Origin: the human T2T-CHM13v2.0 reference genome, Homo sapiens
Length of the DNA: 64,000 nucleotides
Direction: 5' to 3' (one strand)
Assembly: GCF_009914755.1 (NCBI RefSeq)
Contig: NC_060943.1
Shown: in pieces, positions 1 to 17,348 of the stretch
Position numbering within the stretch: the stretch's first letter is position 1
Layout: each line of letters begins with the position of its first letter
The notes under the pieces: generated by a model
Told to the model about the DNA's origin: nothing
Database searches by the model: none
What the model saw: the letters and a program-made list of their open reading frames with translations, nothing else
Program-made: the position numbers and the translations under genes

Positions 1-89
1 GCCTCTTGAGTACTTCCCTCACAGTAGGATAAAAAACTTTTAGAAATTCCACCCACCTTGTAGAATTTATGTGAGAAGTAAGTAACAGT

Positions 90-687
90 TTTTTAAAATT
101 TTACTTTAAGTTCTGGGATACATGTGCAGAACATGCAGATTTGTTACACATAGGTATACATGTGCCATGGTGGTTTGCAGCACCTATCAACCCGTCATCT
201 AGGTTTTAAGCCCCGCATGCATTAAGTATTTGTCCTAATGCTCCCCCTCCCCTTTCCTCCCCAACCCTGCCAACAGTCCCCAGTGTATGATGTTCCCCTC
301 CCTGTGTCCATGTGTTCTTACTGTTCAACTCCTACCTATGAGTGAGAACATGTGGTGTCTGGTTTTCTGTTCCTGTGTTAGTTTGCTGAGGATGATGGTT
401 TCCAGTTTCAGGACATAGGCATGGTCCAAGACTTCATGACTGAAACAACAAAAGCAATGGTAACAAAAGCCAAAATGGACAAATAGGATCTAATTAAACT
501 AAAGAGCTTCTGCACAGCAAAAGAAACTATCATCAGATTGAACAGGCAACCTACAGAACGGGAGAACATTTTTGCAATCTATCCACCTGACAAAGGTCTA
601 ATATCCAGAGTCTACAAGGAACTTAAACAAATTTGCAAGAAAAAAACAAATAACTCCATCAAAAAGTGGGGGAAGGATATGAACAGC
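90..687 (-). mobile_element. L1PA 3' end with 5' inversion (twin priming)
   Basis: Minus-strand L1 3'UTR 90-410 joined to plus-strand ORF2 piece 411-687; TAACAGTTT on both sides. Confidence 0.8.
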
Positions 688-2279
688 AATAACAGTTTAA
701 AGCTCACTGGAAATTCCTTGGCACAGAGGAGCTGTTCAATGGAGAGCAGCTATAGTGACTAGGTTCCAACTCCCCATTTCCTAGGCTCATGGTGACACCA
801 GAATGGTGTTTGGGGACAGGAAGTGAGTCTAGCATTGCCCTGCTCCTGGGAGACAGGAAGTTGTGATCATGAAGGAGGACTTCTACCTAGGGCCCTGTAT
901 AGGGAGAAGAGAACTTGAGAGGCCATCATTCTATACTTTGTTGAATTCAGGGACATCATCTGTGTTACTCTTATGTTCCCTCCAAATAGTCATATTAAGG
1001 AATTTTTAGACTCTTTCAAGCTGTTCTACTATCTTCTTCTCTTAGGAATATCTATAAATCTGATGTTTCTTGGTGGATCATATTAATCCTCTAGCTCTTC
1101 TGGGAACTCCTCCAAGTCTTCATAGAAATCTTATCTTACTTGTTGAAAGTCTATAGAATGTAATTCATAAACACTTAATGTTAACAGAAGTGCACAATAT
1201 TTGCATGTCTGTTTCACCCCCAGATAGATAATTTTTATTTTTTACTTATTTATTGAGTCCTCTATTGTCTTTATGACAATTGTCATTCTCCATCCTTGGC
1301 TCTGGGTCTTGATGATACCTCATTTGGGAAGAATCTATGTCCCTGAAATGGTTGACATTGAGCTTGAACATAAGACTGCTTTTTCTATCAGGATTTGAGC
1401 AGTCATGAGATGTTCAGTATTAAGAAGAAATAAGAGTTATTGTGAGATCCCACCACTTCTACTGATCTTCCTCTCCATTCACCATGTCCAAAATTGAAAA
1501 AACGAACTAGATTTGGATGGTCCTGTGGACTCAATGTTTTTGTCTCCTCCAGTATTCATATGTATTAATCCTTATTATAAAATCTTCTTTAGTATAGCTC
1601 CCTATGTGGAAATAAAAGCATGTCATTAAACCTTTTTCTATTAGTATACCTTGTTATGCAGCAGTAGCTTAATGATACAATCAATGCAAGCAGAACAAAA
1701 GAATTCAGAATAATTTAATGCCTCTTATTTTTGGACATTTGTTCTGATATTTAAAGGCAGCTTTCATGTTTATTTCAGATAACTGTATAAAAAATGAGAC
1801 TACCTATTAGATTCCCTTCTAGGGAGCTAGAAGATTTTGAAAGAACGTGTATGTATTTGTAGATATAAATTGTGATTCTGATTCACAAGTCTCTATTCTC
1901 CAAGCCAATGCTGGTTAGAAATTCAGGTTCCTTTGTGAGTCATCATTTGATTATAAGGGTTGAAGAGAGTTAGAGTATAAAAGAGACAAATGAACTGATG
2001 ATAAGTTAAATACACACATTGTTCACTTACCTACATTTTAATGGCTAAGACACAATATTTTAAAAGGAAGATTTTAAGCAGGACAACAGAAGGAGTCTTA
2101 TTTGTGTGTAGCACTGTAAATTTTTAAGCAGAAACAGTAAAATGATATAATGAAATTACATAGACTGTGATTCCAAATCCTTCCCTTGGACTAACAAACC
2201 TCATTACAAATGGGCACCAAGCCTCTATAAGTAGATGTATATCATCAGATCAAATCTCCCAATGCAATTCAATGTATGA

Positions 2280-2572
<293 letters not shown>

Positions 2573-2863
2573 AAAAATTTTACTCCATCTTTTTTTTCTT
2601 TTATATTTTTGTGGGTACATAGTAGATGTATATACTTATGGGGTACATGAGATGTTTTGATACAGGCATGCGTTATATAATAATCACATCATGGTGAATG
2701 GGGTACCCACCCCATTAAGCATTTATTCTTTCAGTTATGAATAAATTTTTTAATCCATATTCTTTCAGGTGTTTTTGTAATCTAAGTCCAAATGAAATCA
2801 ATTGATTCACACAAATTTATTTTTCTGTGCAGACTACACTTGAAGTGTGAATTTGATAGGCAA

Positions 2864-3623
<760 letters not shown>

Positions 3624-4017
3624 TCAAAGTGAAAAACTGTCTTCTCAGATATTTATCTAAAATAAAATTATATTAATGACCTTATGGCTGCCAGGTGCAA
3701 TTGATTCTGCAGGACTAATGCAACCCACAAGTGTAGGAGAAAAATAGGAATCTCCACCTAGTTTCTGACCCTAGTTTGGGAAAAACATTGGGAAAGTAGG
3801 AAAATGACAAAAAAAAAAAAAAGATTGGATATCAGAGAGCGGAAAGCTTTATAAGAAATACATTAAATTCTATGTCAGTTGAGATCAAAGAAATTGAAAC
3901 TCTGAGAAAAAATAGAAGGAGCAAATTCCACTTTCACAACCTGATTCGTGAATCACAATTTCTGAGTATGAGACTTAAAGCTCTGAAATCACAGTTATTT
4001 CTTGAAAAATGGCCCTT

Positions 4018-4947
4018 TTATTGCTTTCCTCTGAAGGACATTTTCAGAGCCCTCTTTATGTCTTTATTCCTCAGACTGTAGATAAAGGGGTTCAGCATGG
4101 GGGTGGCCACAGTGTACATCACTGAGGCTGTTGCACTTGTGTGTGAGTTGTGGGTTGCAGCAGAAGTAAGGTACACACCTAGGCCCGTACAACAAAATAA
4201 AGAGACAACTGAGAGGTGTGATGCACAGGTGGAAAATGCCTTGTACTTCCCCTGAGCTGATGAGATTGCACGTATGGAGGAAACTATCTTAGAGTAAGAG
4301 CAAAGGATCCCCACAAGGGGACCACCAGCCAGCAGCCCTGCTGCAAAATACATCCCCATGTCATTAAGAAAGGTGTCAGAACAGGCAAGGTGGATGACCT
4401 GATTAAGTTCACAGAAAAAGTGAGGGATTTCCAAGTCTGTGCAGAAGGACAGCCACAATACCATTAAGCTTTGTGACAAGGAATTCAGGGCAGCAATCAT
4501 CCAGGATGCCAGAACCAGGAGTCCACAGAGCCGAGGGTTCATGATGACTGTGTAGTGCAGAGGATGACAGATGGCCACAAACCGATCATAGGCCATCACA
4601 GCCAGGAGTAAGCTGTCTAACCCTCCAAAAAGTACAAAAAAGCACATCTGGGTGATGCAGCCTGCATAGGTGATGACTCTGCTCTGTGTCTGGATGTTAA
4701 TGAGCATCTTTGGGATTGTAGTGGAGATGAAACAGATGTCTGCAAAGGACAGGTTGGAGAGGAAGAAGTACATGGGGGTGTGGAGGTGGGAGTCTGAGAT
4801 TGTGGCCAGGATGATGAGCAGATTCCCGAGCACAGTGACCAGGTACATGGACAGAAACAGCCCAAAGAGGAAGGGCTGCAATTCTGGTTCCTCAGAAAGT
4901 CCCAGAAGAACAAATTCTGAAATCCCTGTGTCATTCTCTGGTTCCAT
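4018..4947 (-). CDS. OR7A17: Olfactory receptor 7A17 (309 aa, single coding exon)
   Basis: Complete [15 protein letters not shown]...KMSFRGKQ with OR motifs [45 protein letters not shown]; sequence recognised as OR7A17. Confidence 0.95.
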   Translation of the reverse strand: MEPENDTGISEFVLLGLSEEPELQPFLFGLFLSMYLVTVLGNLLIILATISDSHLHTPMYFFLSNLSFADICFISTTIPKMLINIQTQSRVITYAGCITQMCFFVLFGGLDSLLLAVMAYDRFVAICHPLHYTVIMNPRLCGLLVLASWMIAALNSLSQSLMVLWLSFCTDLEIPHFFCELNQVIHLACSDTFLNDMGMYFAAGLLAGGPLVGILCSYSKIVSSIRAISSAQGKYKAFSTCASHLSVVSLFCCTGLGVYLTSAATHNSHTSATASVMYTVATPMLNPFIYSLRNKDIKRALKMSFRGKQ

Positions 4948-4952
4948 CTTTT

Positions 4953-4961
4953 TTTTTCTAT

Positions 4962-5000
<39 letters not shown>

Positions 5001-5125
5001 TTAACATAGACAGGGTCTCTCACTCTGTTGCCAACGCTGGTCTGAACCTCCTGGACTCATGCGATCCTCCCACTTCAGCCTACAAAAGTGCTGAGATTAT
5101 AGGCATAAGCCATTGTGCCCAGGCT
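4953..5125 (-). mobile_element. FLAM/Alu monomer with (AAAT)n tail immediately 5' of the OR7A17 ATG
   Basis: Left-monomer Alu sequence; 14-bp TSD TGGTT(C/G)CATCTTTT at 4939-4952 and 5126-5139. Confidence 0.85.
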
Positions 5126-5231
5126 TGGTTGCATCTTTTCAATGTGACTACCAAAAAGAGAGAGAATATGACAATGTAATTATGCATTACAAACCTATCA
5201 GAAATTCTCTCATTTATACTCCGGAGTCAAG

Positions 5232-5585
5232 AACTTATTTTTCCTTTAAAAATTATTTATTTCTATGGTGACAGATAAAATGGTATGCATTTATCATGTA
5301 TAACATCACATGTGGAAGTATATTTACATTGTGGATTGGCTAAATCTAGCCAATTAACATTAGTATTACCTCATATAGTCATCATTCTTGTGGCGAGAAC
5401 ACTTAACATCCATTTTCTTGGCATTTTCCAATAATTCAATATATCATCATGAACTATATTCACCATGCTGTAAAATAAATATTTTGAAGTTATTCCTTCT
5501 ATCTAATTATCATCTTGTATCCCTTGACTGACATCACCTCAAGCCTCCATACCAATTGCCCTGGCCTCTAGTAATCTCCATTCTA
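5232..5585 (-). mobile_element. Old L1M(A) 3' end in OR7A17 last intron
   Basis: L1MA-type 3' end sequence; same insertion at 39540-39885. Confidence 0.6.
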
Positions 5586-6336
5586 CAAGAAGCTGTTTTC
5601 TATGTTTTGTGTGTAAATCTGGTCCCTGTTAGAAGATCTCCTTGCCATCTCTGATTAGGAATTCCTAGACCACGCTCTCTCGCTCTCTCTCTCTCTCTCT
5701 CTCAGCCTTTCCCTGAGGGCATGTATTCTACAGTATCATTAAAGAGAAAAATCATTCATGCATTTGTGGAATAAAAAATGAGTTGATGTTCAGGGTACTG
5801 TATAGATAATGAGTCAATGGTGCTATAAAACAGAGTCCCTACAATCAAATAACGGGAACAAATACATATATACTATGTCAGTTGGTGATTAGTCCTATGA
5901 ATAAAAAGGATAAAAAGTGTTACTTTTAATAGGTGTACAGACAAGATCAGCAGACAAGCTAAAAACTGAACAGAGAGCAGAATGAAGACAGGGCGAGAGT
6001 CATCATGTCCCTTGCTGGAGTCTGTGCAAGGGGAAGGAAGGCTCAGTGGAAGACTTCACAGAATGTGCTTCTTTCAGATGTTCAAGGTGCTCAAGGAAGC
6101 CAGTGTGTCAGGGGAATGTACAGGAAGAGAGTGATGAGAGATGGTTTCAGAAGATGTTGTGGGATGAGGTGGCCTTGAAGCTGCTGAAACTTAAAGACAC
6201 AAGGAGTCCGTCTGACCAGATGCTGTTGCATTTGCATTTTATTAATTTGCCTGCGAAGGCATCTCAGTATGTGTAATGCATCCCCTCTTTTTTTCCCGCC
6301 GTGTCTTTGACTTCTGGCTTTTCTATTATGAGATAC

Positions 6337-6386
6337 CTTTTGGAATACAGAGCCCAAATCCCCTTTCTCTGCAACCTGCTTTTATG
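6337..6386 (-). other. Putative 50-nt 5'UTR micro-exon of OR7A17
   Basis: (TG)n...TTTAG acceptor and AAAAG|GTATCT donor; same 50-nt spacing in two paralogues. Confidence 0.6.
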
Positions 6387-6734
6387 CTAAAGGTGCGTGC
6401 GCGCATGCACACACACACACATTGCCTACATGCACGCAGCACACTGTAGCTCCCTGGAGCCATGTTACTCTTGTGCTTTTCTCACCCTGGTTACACTGTT
6501 AGAAAGAAACGAATACCAGGCAAGTTGTCAATTTCAAATTATCTTTCCCCACGAGAATTCAGAAATGGTCTGATAGCATGTGAGACAGCCTTCTCATTTC
6601 TCTTCTTTAATTATTCATGTGGCATCTCTTCTTTAATTATTCAGGGTCTTTGGGATTTGAACTCTTTTTGACAGTCCTATGGAATTGCACTAGTTCTGGT
6701 TCTGGTCTTCCTGTAACATGCAATGTCCTTCCTA

Positions 6735-7195
<461 letters not shown>

Positions 7196-8047
7196 TCAAA
7201 TGAGCAGGAACTTCCCTGCTTTAAGTTTGTATTTTCACAAAGGTGTATGAGTATGTCTGTATTATGTAGAAAAAAATTAAAGCAATGAGACGTGATAAAA
7301 TAAAAAGAATGTTATGGAATTAAAGCCAGGGTAAATGTAGTGATTTCCAAACAACTATATTTTTTAAATGTTATGGTACATAAAAAGTTAACCAAGCCAA
7401 GATAAACAATAAGAATAATTTAATGATATCAAATGATTTAGTTTATTGGCAAAGACCTAGACATAAAATTATATAATACACAATGTTTCTAAAATGTTCT
7501 GGCACATAGAAGATACTCTCGACTTATTGAATAAGTCAGGAAGTAAGTCCTAGTATATATGGGTATTAAAATATGACAAGATTGCAATCCAATTTAGTTG
7601 CAAAAGACCAGATTGTTGAATAAAAGCAGAAATAAATAGCTATCTACCTGGGAGAAAATGAAGTGTGTCTCCCGACTCACATTTTACAAAGAATTAGCAG
7701 ATTTAAAGACCTCAGTGTAAAAGTCAGCAATATATGTTAGACGAATACATAGATAACTACATATAAGATCTTAGTGTAGACAAAGTATTTTAACTAACGC
7801 AAGAAAAAAAACTAAGAAAGTAGACATATTTTTAGGTAAATAAAAGTTAAAACTTTTTATGACCAAAAATGTTTCCTTAAATATTTCCTTAACAGTCAAT
7901 GAGGAGGGCAATATAATTGGATCACAGCTGTAATCCCAGTGCTTTGGGAGGCTGAGTAGGGAGGTCACCTGAAGCCAGGATTTTGAGAACAGCCGGGGCA
8001 TCATAGTGAGAACCAGGCTCTAAAAAGTAAACCAAAAAAGTTAATGA

Positions 8048-9446
<1,399 letters not shown>

Positions 9447-9449
9447 TGA

Positions 9450-10210
9450 TTGGCTCTCAGGTGACCTCAGGTTAATATTCACGGCTCTTGTTCTTCCTGA
9501 CCTTTCCTACAGTACCCACTGGGCTCTGGGACTTACCCTACTGAGTTTTCTGAAAGGAAGGTCTCCATGGAGAAGTGTAAATTCCTCTCTAGCAGGTTGA
9601 TGGTGGAGATGGAATCTCTGTCTCAAGACAAGGCATCAGGAAAAGTTGAAGCATCATCTATACTTGAGCCAGACTAAGGACTCCAAATGAAACCACCATG
9701 TCATTTCCAGCCCAAGGTTGCATATGCTGAGGGACTGCAGCAGAGGAGATATTTATGGCTTCGTATATCTGCTGATTAGATACCTTTCCTCCTGTTATTC
9801 CAACCCTGAACACATCAGTTTCCTGGGGGACGTTGCCCTGCACTGAAACAAATGTCATTGTTGTTTTTTTTTCTGTATCGTCTATTCCCAAGACACTATG
9901 TTAAAAGTGAGGTGTATCCAGGCTTTATTACTCCTTCCCCGTGGACTTCCTTGGCTTCCAGAGTCCCATTCTCCTAGCACCTTCTCCCAGCCTTCAGTGA
10001 AAATTTCCTACAAAGTCTAAACTGAGGAACCTGTCTTGACTAGGTCCCTTGAGTCTCCAAAGCACTGGCTTGTGATGGAAACTCAGCTCTTGACATATCC
10101 AGAAAATGGCAATTTACCTTTGCAAGGAGATGAACTGTGTTCTGTTCATATAAAACCATGGGTACTACATTTCTTGGCTTCATGTTGCTTTTGCCAAAAC
10201 ATTAGAATTT
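9450..10210 (-). promoter_or_regulatory. Putative OR7A17 promoter and non-coding exon 1
   Basis: Module repeated upstream of paralogues; O/E-like TCCTGGGGGA 9821-9830, HD-like CTAATCAG 9772-9779, TATA-like CATAAATAT 9749-9757, donor GG|GTAAGT 9531-9536. Confidence 0.65.
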
Positions 10211-10212
10211 CA

Positions 10213-10440
<228 letters not shown>

Positions 10441-10713
10441 GTGTTAGAACAGGCAAGCAGGATCAACTGATTAAGTTCACAGAAAAAAATGGGGGGATTT
10501 CCAAGTTTGTGCAGAAGGACAGCTGCAACACATTCTGCTTTGCAGTGAGGAATTCAGGGCACTCATGCTCCAGGACACCAGAACCCACAGTCCAAAGATC
10601 CCAGGATTCATGATGACCCTGTAGTGCAGGGGGTGACAGATGGCCACAAAGTGGTCATAGGCCATCACAGTCTGCAGAAATACATTCATTCCTGCAAAGA
10701 GTAGGAAAAGTTT
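10441..10713 (-). pseudogene. OR7A18P: Internal OR7A fragment, TM3 to ECL2 only (probably OR7A18P)
   Basis: [32 protein letters not shown]...; frameshifts; no N- or C-terminal OR sequence on either side. Confidence 0.7.
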
Positions 10714-10922
10714 GTGATTCTGGAAAAGTTTCTTGGGAAAGGACATGCCTTGCTTCTCGGAGACAGAAATTTGTGATCATGAAGGGACACCTGCTTCCAG
10801 GGGTCCACACGGGGAGGAGATTGCATGAGTGTCCTTCCACGTCTGCTTTATTATACTCAGGGACATCTTCTCTGTCCTCCTCTGCCTGGCTCCAAAAATT
10901 CACATTAAAAATGTTTAGACTC

Positions 10923-11730
10923 CTTTTATTTTATTTTATGTTCTGGGGTACATATGCAGGATGTGCAGGTTTGCTACATAGGTAAACGTGTGCCATGGTG
11001 GTTTGCTGCACCTATCAATCCATCACCTAGGTATTAAGCCCCACAGGCATTAGCTAGTTTTCCTAAGGTTCTCCCTCCCCCCCACCCCACCCCCCAACAG
11101 GGCTCAGTGTGTGTTGTTCCCCTCCTTATGTCTATATGTTCTCATTGATCAGGTCCCACTTATAAGTGAGTGCATGTGGTATTTGATTTTCTGTTTCTGC
11201 GTTAGTTTGCTGAGGGTAATGGCTTCCAGCTTCATCCACGTTCCTGCAAAAGACATGAACTTGTTCCTTTTTATGGCTGCATAGTATTTCATGGGGTATA
11301 TGTACCACATTTTCTTTATCCAGTCTATCACTGGTGGGCATTTGGGTTGATTCTATGTCTTTGACATGAACAGACACTTCTCAAAAGAAGACATTCCTGT
11401 GGCCAACAAACATATGAAAAAAAGCTCAATATCATTGATCATTATAGAAATGCAAATCAAAACCACAATGAGATACCATCTCATGCCAGTCAGAATGGCA
11501 ATGATTAAAAAGTCAAGAAACAGATGCTGGCAAGGTTGCAGAGAAATAAGAATGTTTTTACACTGTTAGTGGGAATGCAAATTAGTTCAACCAGTGTGGA
11601 AGACAGTGTAGTGATTCCTCAAAGATCTAGAACCAGAAATACCATTTGATCCAGCAATGCCACTACTGGGTAAATATCCAAAGGAATAGAAATCATTCTA
11701 TTACCAAGATACATGCATGAGTATGTTCAT
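10923..11730 (-). mobile_element. L1PA 3' end with 5' inversion
   Basis: Minus 10923-11366 plus 11366-11730; TTTAGACTC on both flanks. Confidence 0.8.
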
Positions 11731-11974
11731 TTTTAGACTCTTATAACCTGCTCTGCTATCTTTTAATCTTGGGAATATCTGTAATTCTGATAATTCTTGT
11801 TGCGTCAATTTATTTCTCCAGCTCTTCTGGAAACTCCAACTATTAATAGAAATCTTATCTTCCTCATTGCCAGAGTATAGCATGTGGTAAAAATACAAAA
11901 ATAGACATGGAGAAAACTGTAGATAAAATTTATACACATTTAATTTCAACAGAAGTATGAAAGACTTTCATGTC

Positions 11975-12913
11975 TGTAGGGACCAGCCCTACAGGGTCTG
12001 TGGGTTTTTCTCCTCGTGTGTGGAGACAATAGATTGTAGAAATAAAGAGACAAGACAAAGAGAAGAAAAGACAGCTGGGCCTGGGGGAACACTACCACCA
12101 AGATGCGGAGACTGGTAGTGGTCCCGAATGCCTGGCTGCACTGTTTTTTATTGGATACAAGGCAAAAAGGGCAGGGTAAGGAGTGTGAGTCATCTCCAGT
12201 GATTGATAAGGTCACATGAGTCACGTGTCCACCGGACAGAGGGCCCTTCCCTGTTTGGCAGTCAGGGCAGAGAGAGAGAGAGAGAGAGCCATTATTTCTT
12301 CTATGCATTTCAAAGACTTTTAGTATTTTCACTAATTCTGTTATTGCTATCTAGAAGGCAGAGCCAGGTGTACAGGGTGGAACATGAAAGTGAAACATGG
12401 GCATGACCGCTGAAGCACAGCATCACAGGGAGACAGGCCTCCGGATGGCTGCCGGCGGGCCTGACTGATGTCAGGCCTTCCACAAGAGGTGGTGGAGCAG
12501 AGTCTTCTCTAACTCCCCCGGGGAAAGGGAGACTCCCTCTCCCGGTCTGCTAAGTAATGGGTGCCTTCCCTAGACACTGATGCTACCGCTAGGCCAAGGA
12601 GCCCTCTAGTGGCCCTGTCTGGGCGTGACAGAGGGCTCACACTCTTGTCTTCTGGTCACTTCTCACCATGCCCCTTCAGCTCCTATCTCTGTATGGCCTG
12701 GTTTTTCCTAGGTTATAATTGTAGAGCAAAGATTATTATAATATTGGAATAAAGAGTAATGTACAAACTAATGATTAATGATATTCATATATAATGATAT
12801 CTATAATCTACTTCTAGTATAACTATTCTTATTTTAAATATTTTCTTTATTATATTGGAACAGCTTGTGCCCTCGGTCTCTTGCCTTGGCACCTGGGTGG
12901 CTAGCAGCCCACA
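11975..12913 (-). mobile_element. Solo LTR13 (HERV-K/HML-4)
   Basis: TG..CA termini; minus strand begins TGTGGGCTGCTAGCCACCCAGGTGCCAAGGCAAGAGACC; 6-bp TSD CATGTC. Confidence 0.85.
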
Positions 12914-14266
12914 CATGTCTGTTTCTCCCTCAGGTAGATCATTTTATTTTTCATTCATTTATTACCTCCCCTATTGTCTATAGGTGGATGGTGCTTTTCC
13001 ACCTTTGGCTCTGGGTCTTGACAATAATTCACTTGGGAGGAGTGTGTATCCCTAAAACGGTTGATGCACATCTTGAACATGTGACATGATTTGTCTAACA
13101 GACTGTGAGCAGTCATGACATATTTAATGCCTGTGAAGAAACTGTAAGAGGCACTGTGAGATTCCACCACTTCTCTTAATCTTCCTCTCTCAAAGTGTCC
13201 TTGCTATCCAAAATTCAAGAACCAACTAGATTTGGGCAGTCCTATGAACTGAATATTTTTATTTCCTTAAAAAACGCTTAAGTTCTAATTCCCAATGTAA
13301 AAACTTCTCTATCATAAACTCCTACAGGATGAAAAAGCATGATATTAAACCATTTATTATTGAGATGGCTTGTTACACAGCAGTAGCTTACTGATACATT
13401 AATCAATGCAAACAGAACTAGTGACATTCAGAATAATCTTCTGCCTCTTCTTTTTTCACAGTTGTTCTGATATTTCAAGAAAACATTTGTGATCACCTGG
13501 TTACTCGTGTTTATTTCAGATAACTGTATTAAAGTGAGGCAACTTTTAGATTGCCTTCGGGATAACCAGGAGAAGTTGAAAGGACATATAGGTTTTTGCA
13601 GGGATAAATTGTGACTCTAATTCACAAGTGTCTATTGACAGAGGCAATATTGGGCAGAAATTCAATGTCTTGTGTGAGTCATTATTTGACCATGAGGACC
13701 AAAGAGACTATTAAAGGAACAAAGCAAATTATGATAAATTTAATACACATATTGTTCACTTACCTACACTTTAATGCTTATGAGACAGTTTTTAAAGGAG
13801 GAGATATTTTTAGAATAATGCAAGGAGTCATATTCGTAGGGAGCAGTAGAAAATTTTAAGAGGAAAAGCAAGATGGTACATTGAAATAATACAGACCATG
13901 ACACCAAATCCTTCACTCAGATGAAGAAACCTGATTACACATGGACACCAAATCTCCACACTTCCAGGACCAGATGTACATCATCAAAAACAAATATTCT
14001 ATAGTCATTCAGTGCATGACTGATCATTTTATTCCATCACATTTAACATCATCTGTGACTAAGGATGTATGAGGTCAACTGACACATAAAAATGTGCCTT
14101 TCTTTGTAAACTGTATCTAAAACATGTATTTGATAAGCTGTATTTTCCTACCTACTCTTTATCTTTATCAGAAAATATAGGCACTGTTGACGTTGAGCTG
14201 AAATAGAGCATAGGACCCCAGTGAGGCGAGTAAAATCCCTTGCCTAGCTGTAAAACACACTAGTAT

Positions 14267-15022
14267 TGAAAGGAGTTAGTTAGCTTGCCTTAGGTAGATA
14301 GCAAGATAAGGATTCCTGGAGAGCCTTTGACTCATGGGTCAGTGCCTCATCTCCATATAATATAAAAAAAAAGCCTGGGGAAAAAAAATAAAGCTGCCGG
14401 CACCAATAAGGGAAGAAGCATAGGGGATTGTGTCTGGAGACATGCCCACGGCTGCACAGATAGGAAAACTCCTGGCTCATTTAGATAAAAACTTTCACAA
14501 ACCTCTGGCTCACTCAGATAAGAAACAAGGCCTGGCATAGAAATGCCTTTGTCCTTTGTATAGTCAGTGGCCTCCCAGGAAAAAGCTTTTTCTCCCTTCG
14601 TGGGCATGGACGCAGTGGGCTCTGGTGGGTTCCGGTGGGCACTCTACTTCCCTTGTTTTGGACTATAAGTCTGGTCTCTATGAATTCAGCCCCTGATTGA
14701 TCCTGGGCAAAGGTCCTGGGCCAAGCTTTCTGAAAGGTCCCAGGCCAAGATCCTGAGCCAAGCTGAGTCAGCGTTCTCCAAGACAGCCTGCAGACTAAAC
14801 ACATTGCTTCCCCTTTCCAGTCCATAAAAACCTCAGAACGGGCCTCATAGGGGGCTTCCCATTCAGGACCCCCTCTCTGCTGGCCGAGAGCTTTCTTCTT
14901 TTCCCTCCAACCTCATCTTTGTGTCCACGCTCCTTAATGTTCTTGGAGGTAGGACGAAGAACTCTGGGTTTTATCTCAGGCGAGAGACTGTTACATGTTG
15001 GTGCATTGCTAAGACCTCAGCA
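14267..15022 (+). mobile_element. Solo ERV1-type LTR (family not assigned)
   Basis: TG..CA termini, 4-bp TSD GTAT; absent at the homologous site in paralogous 3' flanks. Confidence 0.75.
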
Positions 15023-15425
15023 GTATGTTCAAGTTGACATTTTCAGGAAGAACAGCTAAGGTTTTCATAGAAAAGGAAATAACAGACTCAGAAATAGAAA
15101 ACTGTGGGCTCAGATATTCATCTACCATAAAATTATATTAATGACCTTACAGTTGCCAAGCGTAGTTAATTCTTTGGGATGAATATAACTCACCCCTGTA
15201 TGAGAAAAACTTCCATTTGTTTCTGGACCTAGTTTGGATGTAATTTTAGAAAAATGACAGAGGACAAAAACAGTTGCATATCAGAGCAGAAAGCTTTATT
15301 AAGAAAAAGTGTAAATTTTCTAATGTCGTCAAGGTTAAAGAAATCTAAAGTCCAGAATATAAATACTAGGAGAAAATTCTACTTTCACAATCTGATCCAT
15401 GAATCATAATTTCTGGCTAGGGGAT

Positions 15426-16395
15426 TTAGAGCTCTGAAATCTCAAGAACTTCTGGAAAATGGCCCTCCTGTTTCTGCTCTCTGAAGAATCGATTCAGAGC
15501 TCTGTTTATGTCTTTATTCCTCAGGCTGTAGATGAAGGGGTTCAGCATGGAGGTGACCACAGTGTACATCACCGAGGCTGCAGCATTTGAGAGTGAGTTA
15601 TGGGTTGCAGCAGAACTAAGGTACACACCTACGCCTGTACAATAAAATAAGGAGACAACTGAGAGGTGAGATGCACAGGTGGAAAGTGCTTTATTCATCC
15701 CCTGAGCTGATGAGATCGAACATATGCAACAAAGTATCTTAAAGTAAGTAAAATATTCCAGCGAGGCATCCCCCACCCAGCAGCACACTTGTAAAATTCA
15801 TCATCATGTCATTAATAAAAGTGTCGGAACAGGCAAGGTGGATGACCTGATTAAGTTCACAGAAAAAATGAGGGATTTTCAATTCTGTACAGAAGGACAG
15901 CTGCAATGCCATTATGCTTTGTAACAGAGAATATAGGATGCTCACGATCCAGGACACCAGAACCAGCAGTCCACAGAGCCAGGAGTTCATAATGACTGTG
16001 TAGTGCAGGGGGTGACAGATGGCCACAAACCGGTCATAGGCCATCACAGTCAGGAGTAAGCTGTCCAACACTACAAAGAGTATAAAAAAGCACATCTGGG
16101 TGATGCAGTCTGCATAGGTGATGACTCTGCTCTGTGTCTGGATGTTCACCAGCATCTTTGGGACAGTGGTAGACACAAAACAGATGTCTGCAAAGGACAG
16201 GTTGGAGAGGAAGAAGTACATGGGGGTGTGGAGGTGGGAGTCTGAGATTGTGGCCAGGATGATGAGCAGGTTCCCGAGCACGGTGACCAGGTACATGGAC
16301 AGAAATAGCCCAAAGAGGAAGGGCTGCAATTCTGGTTCCTCTGAAAGTCCCAGGAGAAGGAATTGTGAAATTTGTGTCTCATTCCCTGGTTTCAT
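15426..16395 (-). pseudogene. OR7A1P: OR7A pseudogene, frameshift after TM5 (probably OR7A1P)
   Basis: MKPGNETQ start at 16395; frame switches near 15745-15750 (TACTTAC vs paralogue TACTCTTAC, 2-bp loss); C-terminal half lies in ORF 15426-15788. Confidence 0.8.
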
Positions 16396-16492
16396 CTTGT
16401 TGATGTGACTTCCAAAAGAGAGAGAAAGAGAACATGACACAAGCATGCATTACAAACATATCAGAAATATTCTCACTTATATTCTACAGTCA

Positions 16493-16830
<338 letters not shown>

Positions 16831-17348
16831 ACTTCCTACAATTTAATGATGAATGAAAAATACAAGTATGTTTTTAAAATGCCATCCTCAATATCAGATG
16901 GTGATGCATCCTATGAAGAAGGAGGTTAGAAGGAAAGAGTGGATGGGGTAATAGATTTTCCAGGGTGTTCAGGCAGGACCAGCAGAGAAGGTGACAAATG
17001 AAGAGAGCCCATAATGAAGACAGGGTGGAGGGCACTACGTTCCCTGCAGAAGTTTGTGCAATGGAGCAAAATGATCAATGAAAGACCCCGAGGAATGTGC
17101 TTCTTTCAGATATTTGAGGACTGCGAAGAAGACAGTGTGGCCGGGGAATGAGCAAGAGGCGAGGGCTGTCGGAGGATGTTAGGGAAGGAAGTGTCCTCAT
17201 AGCTGCTGAAATTTGAAGACACAAAGAGTCCCTCTGTCCAGATACTGATGCCTTTAATTTGGCTGCAAAGGTGTTTCATGAACTGCAATGCATGCTCATT
17301 CTGTTTACTGATATTTTCCTGAGATGTGGCCTTTATCTGATGGGTTAC

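Noticed and set aside
4670-5179. Antisense and alternate-frame ORFs repeated over each OR (MMTLLCVW..., CPCTWS...)
   Set aside because: Shadow frames of conserved OR codons; no independent evidence
9658-9891. Similar short ORFs at 9658-9891 and 32781-33101 (RVGITGG.V.N.QIY.A.NISSA)
   Set aside because: Similarity explained by the duplicated promoter DNA; frames not kept in other copies
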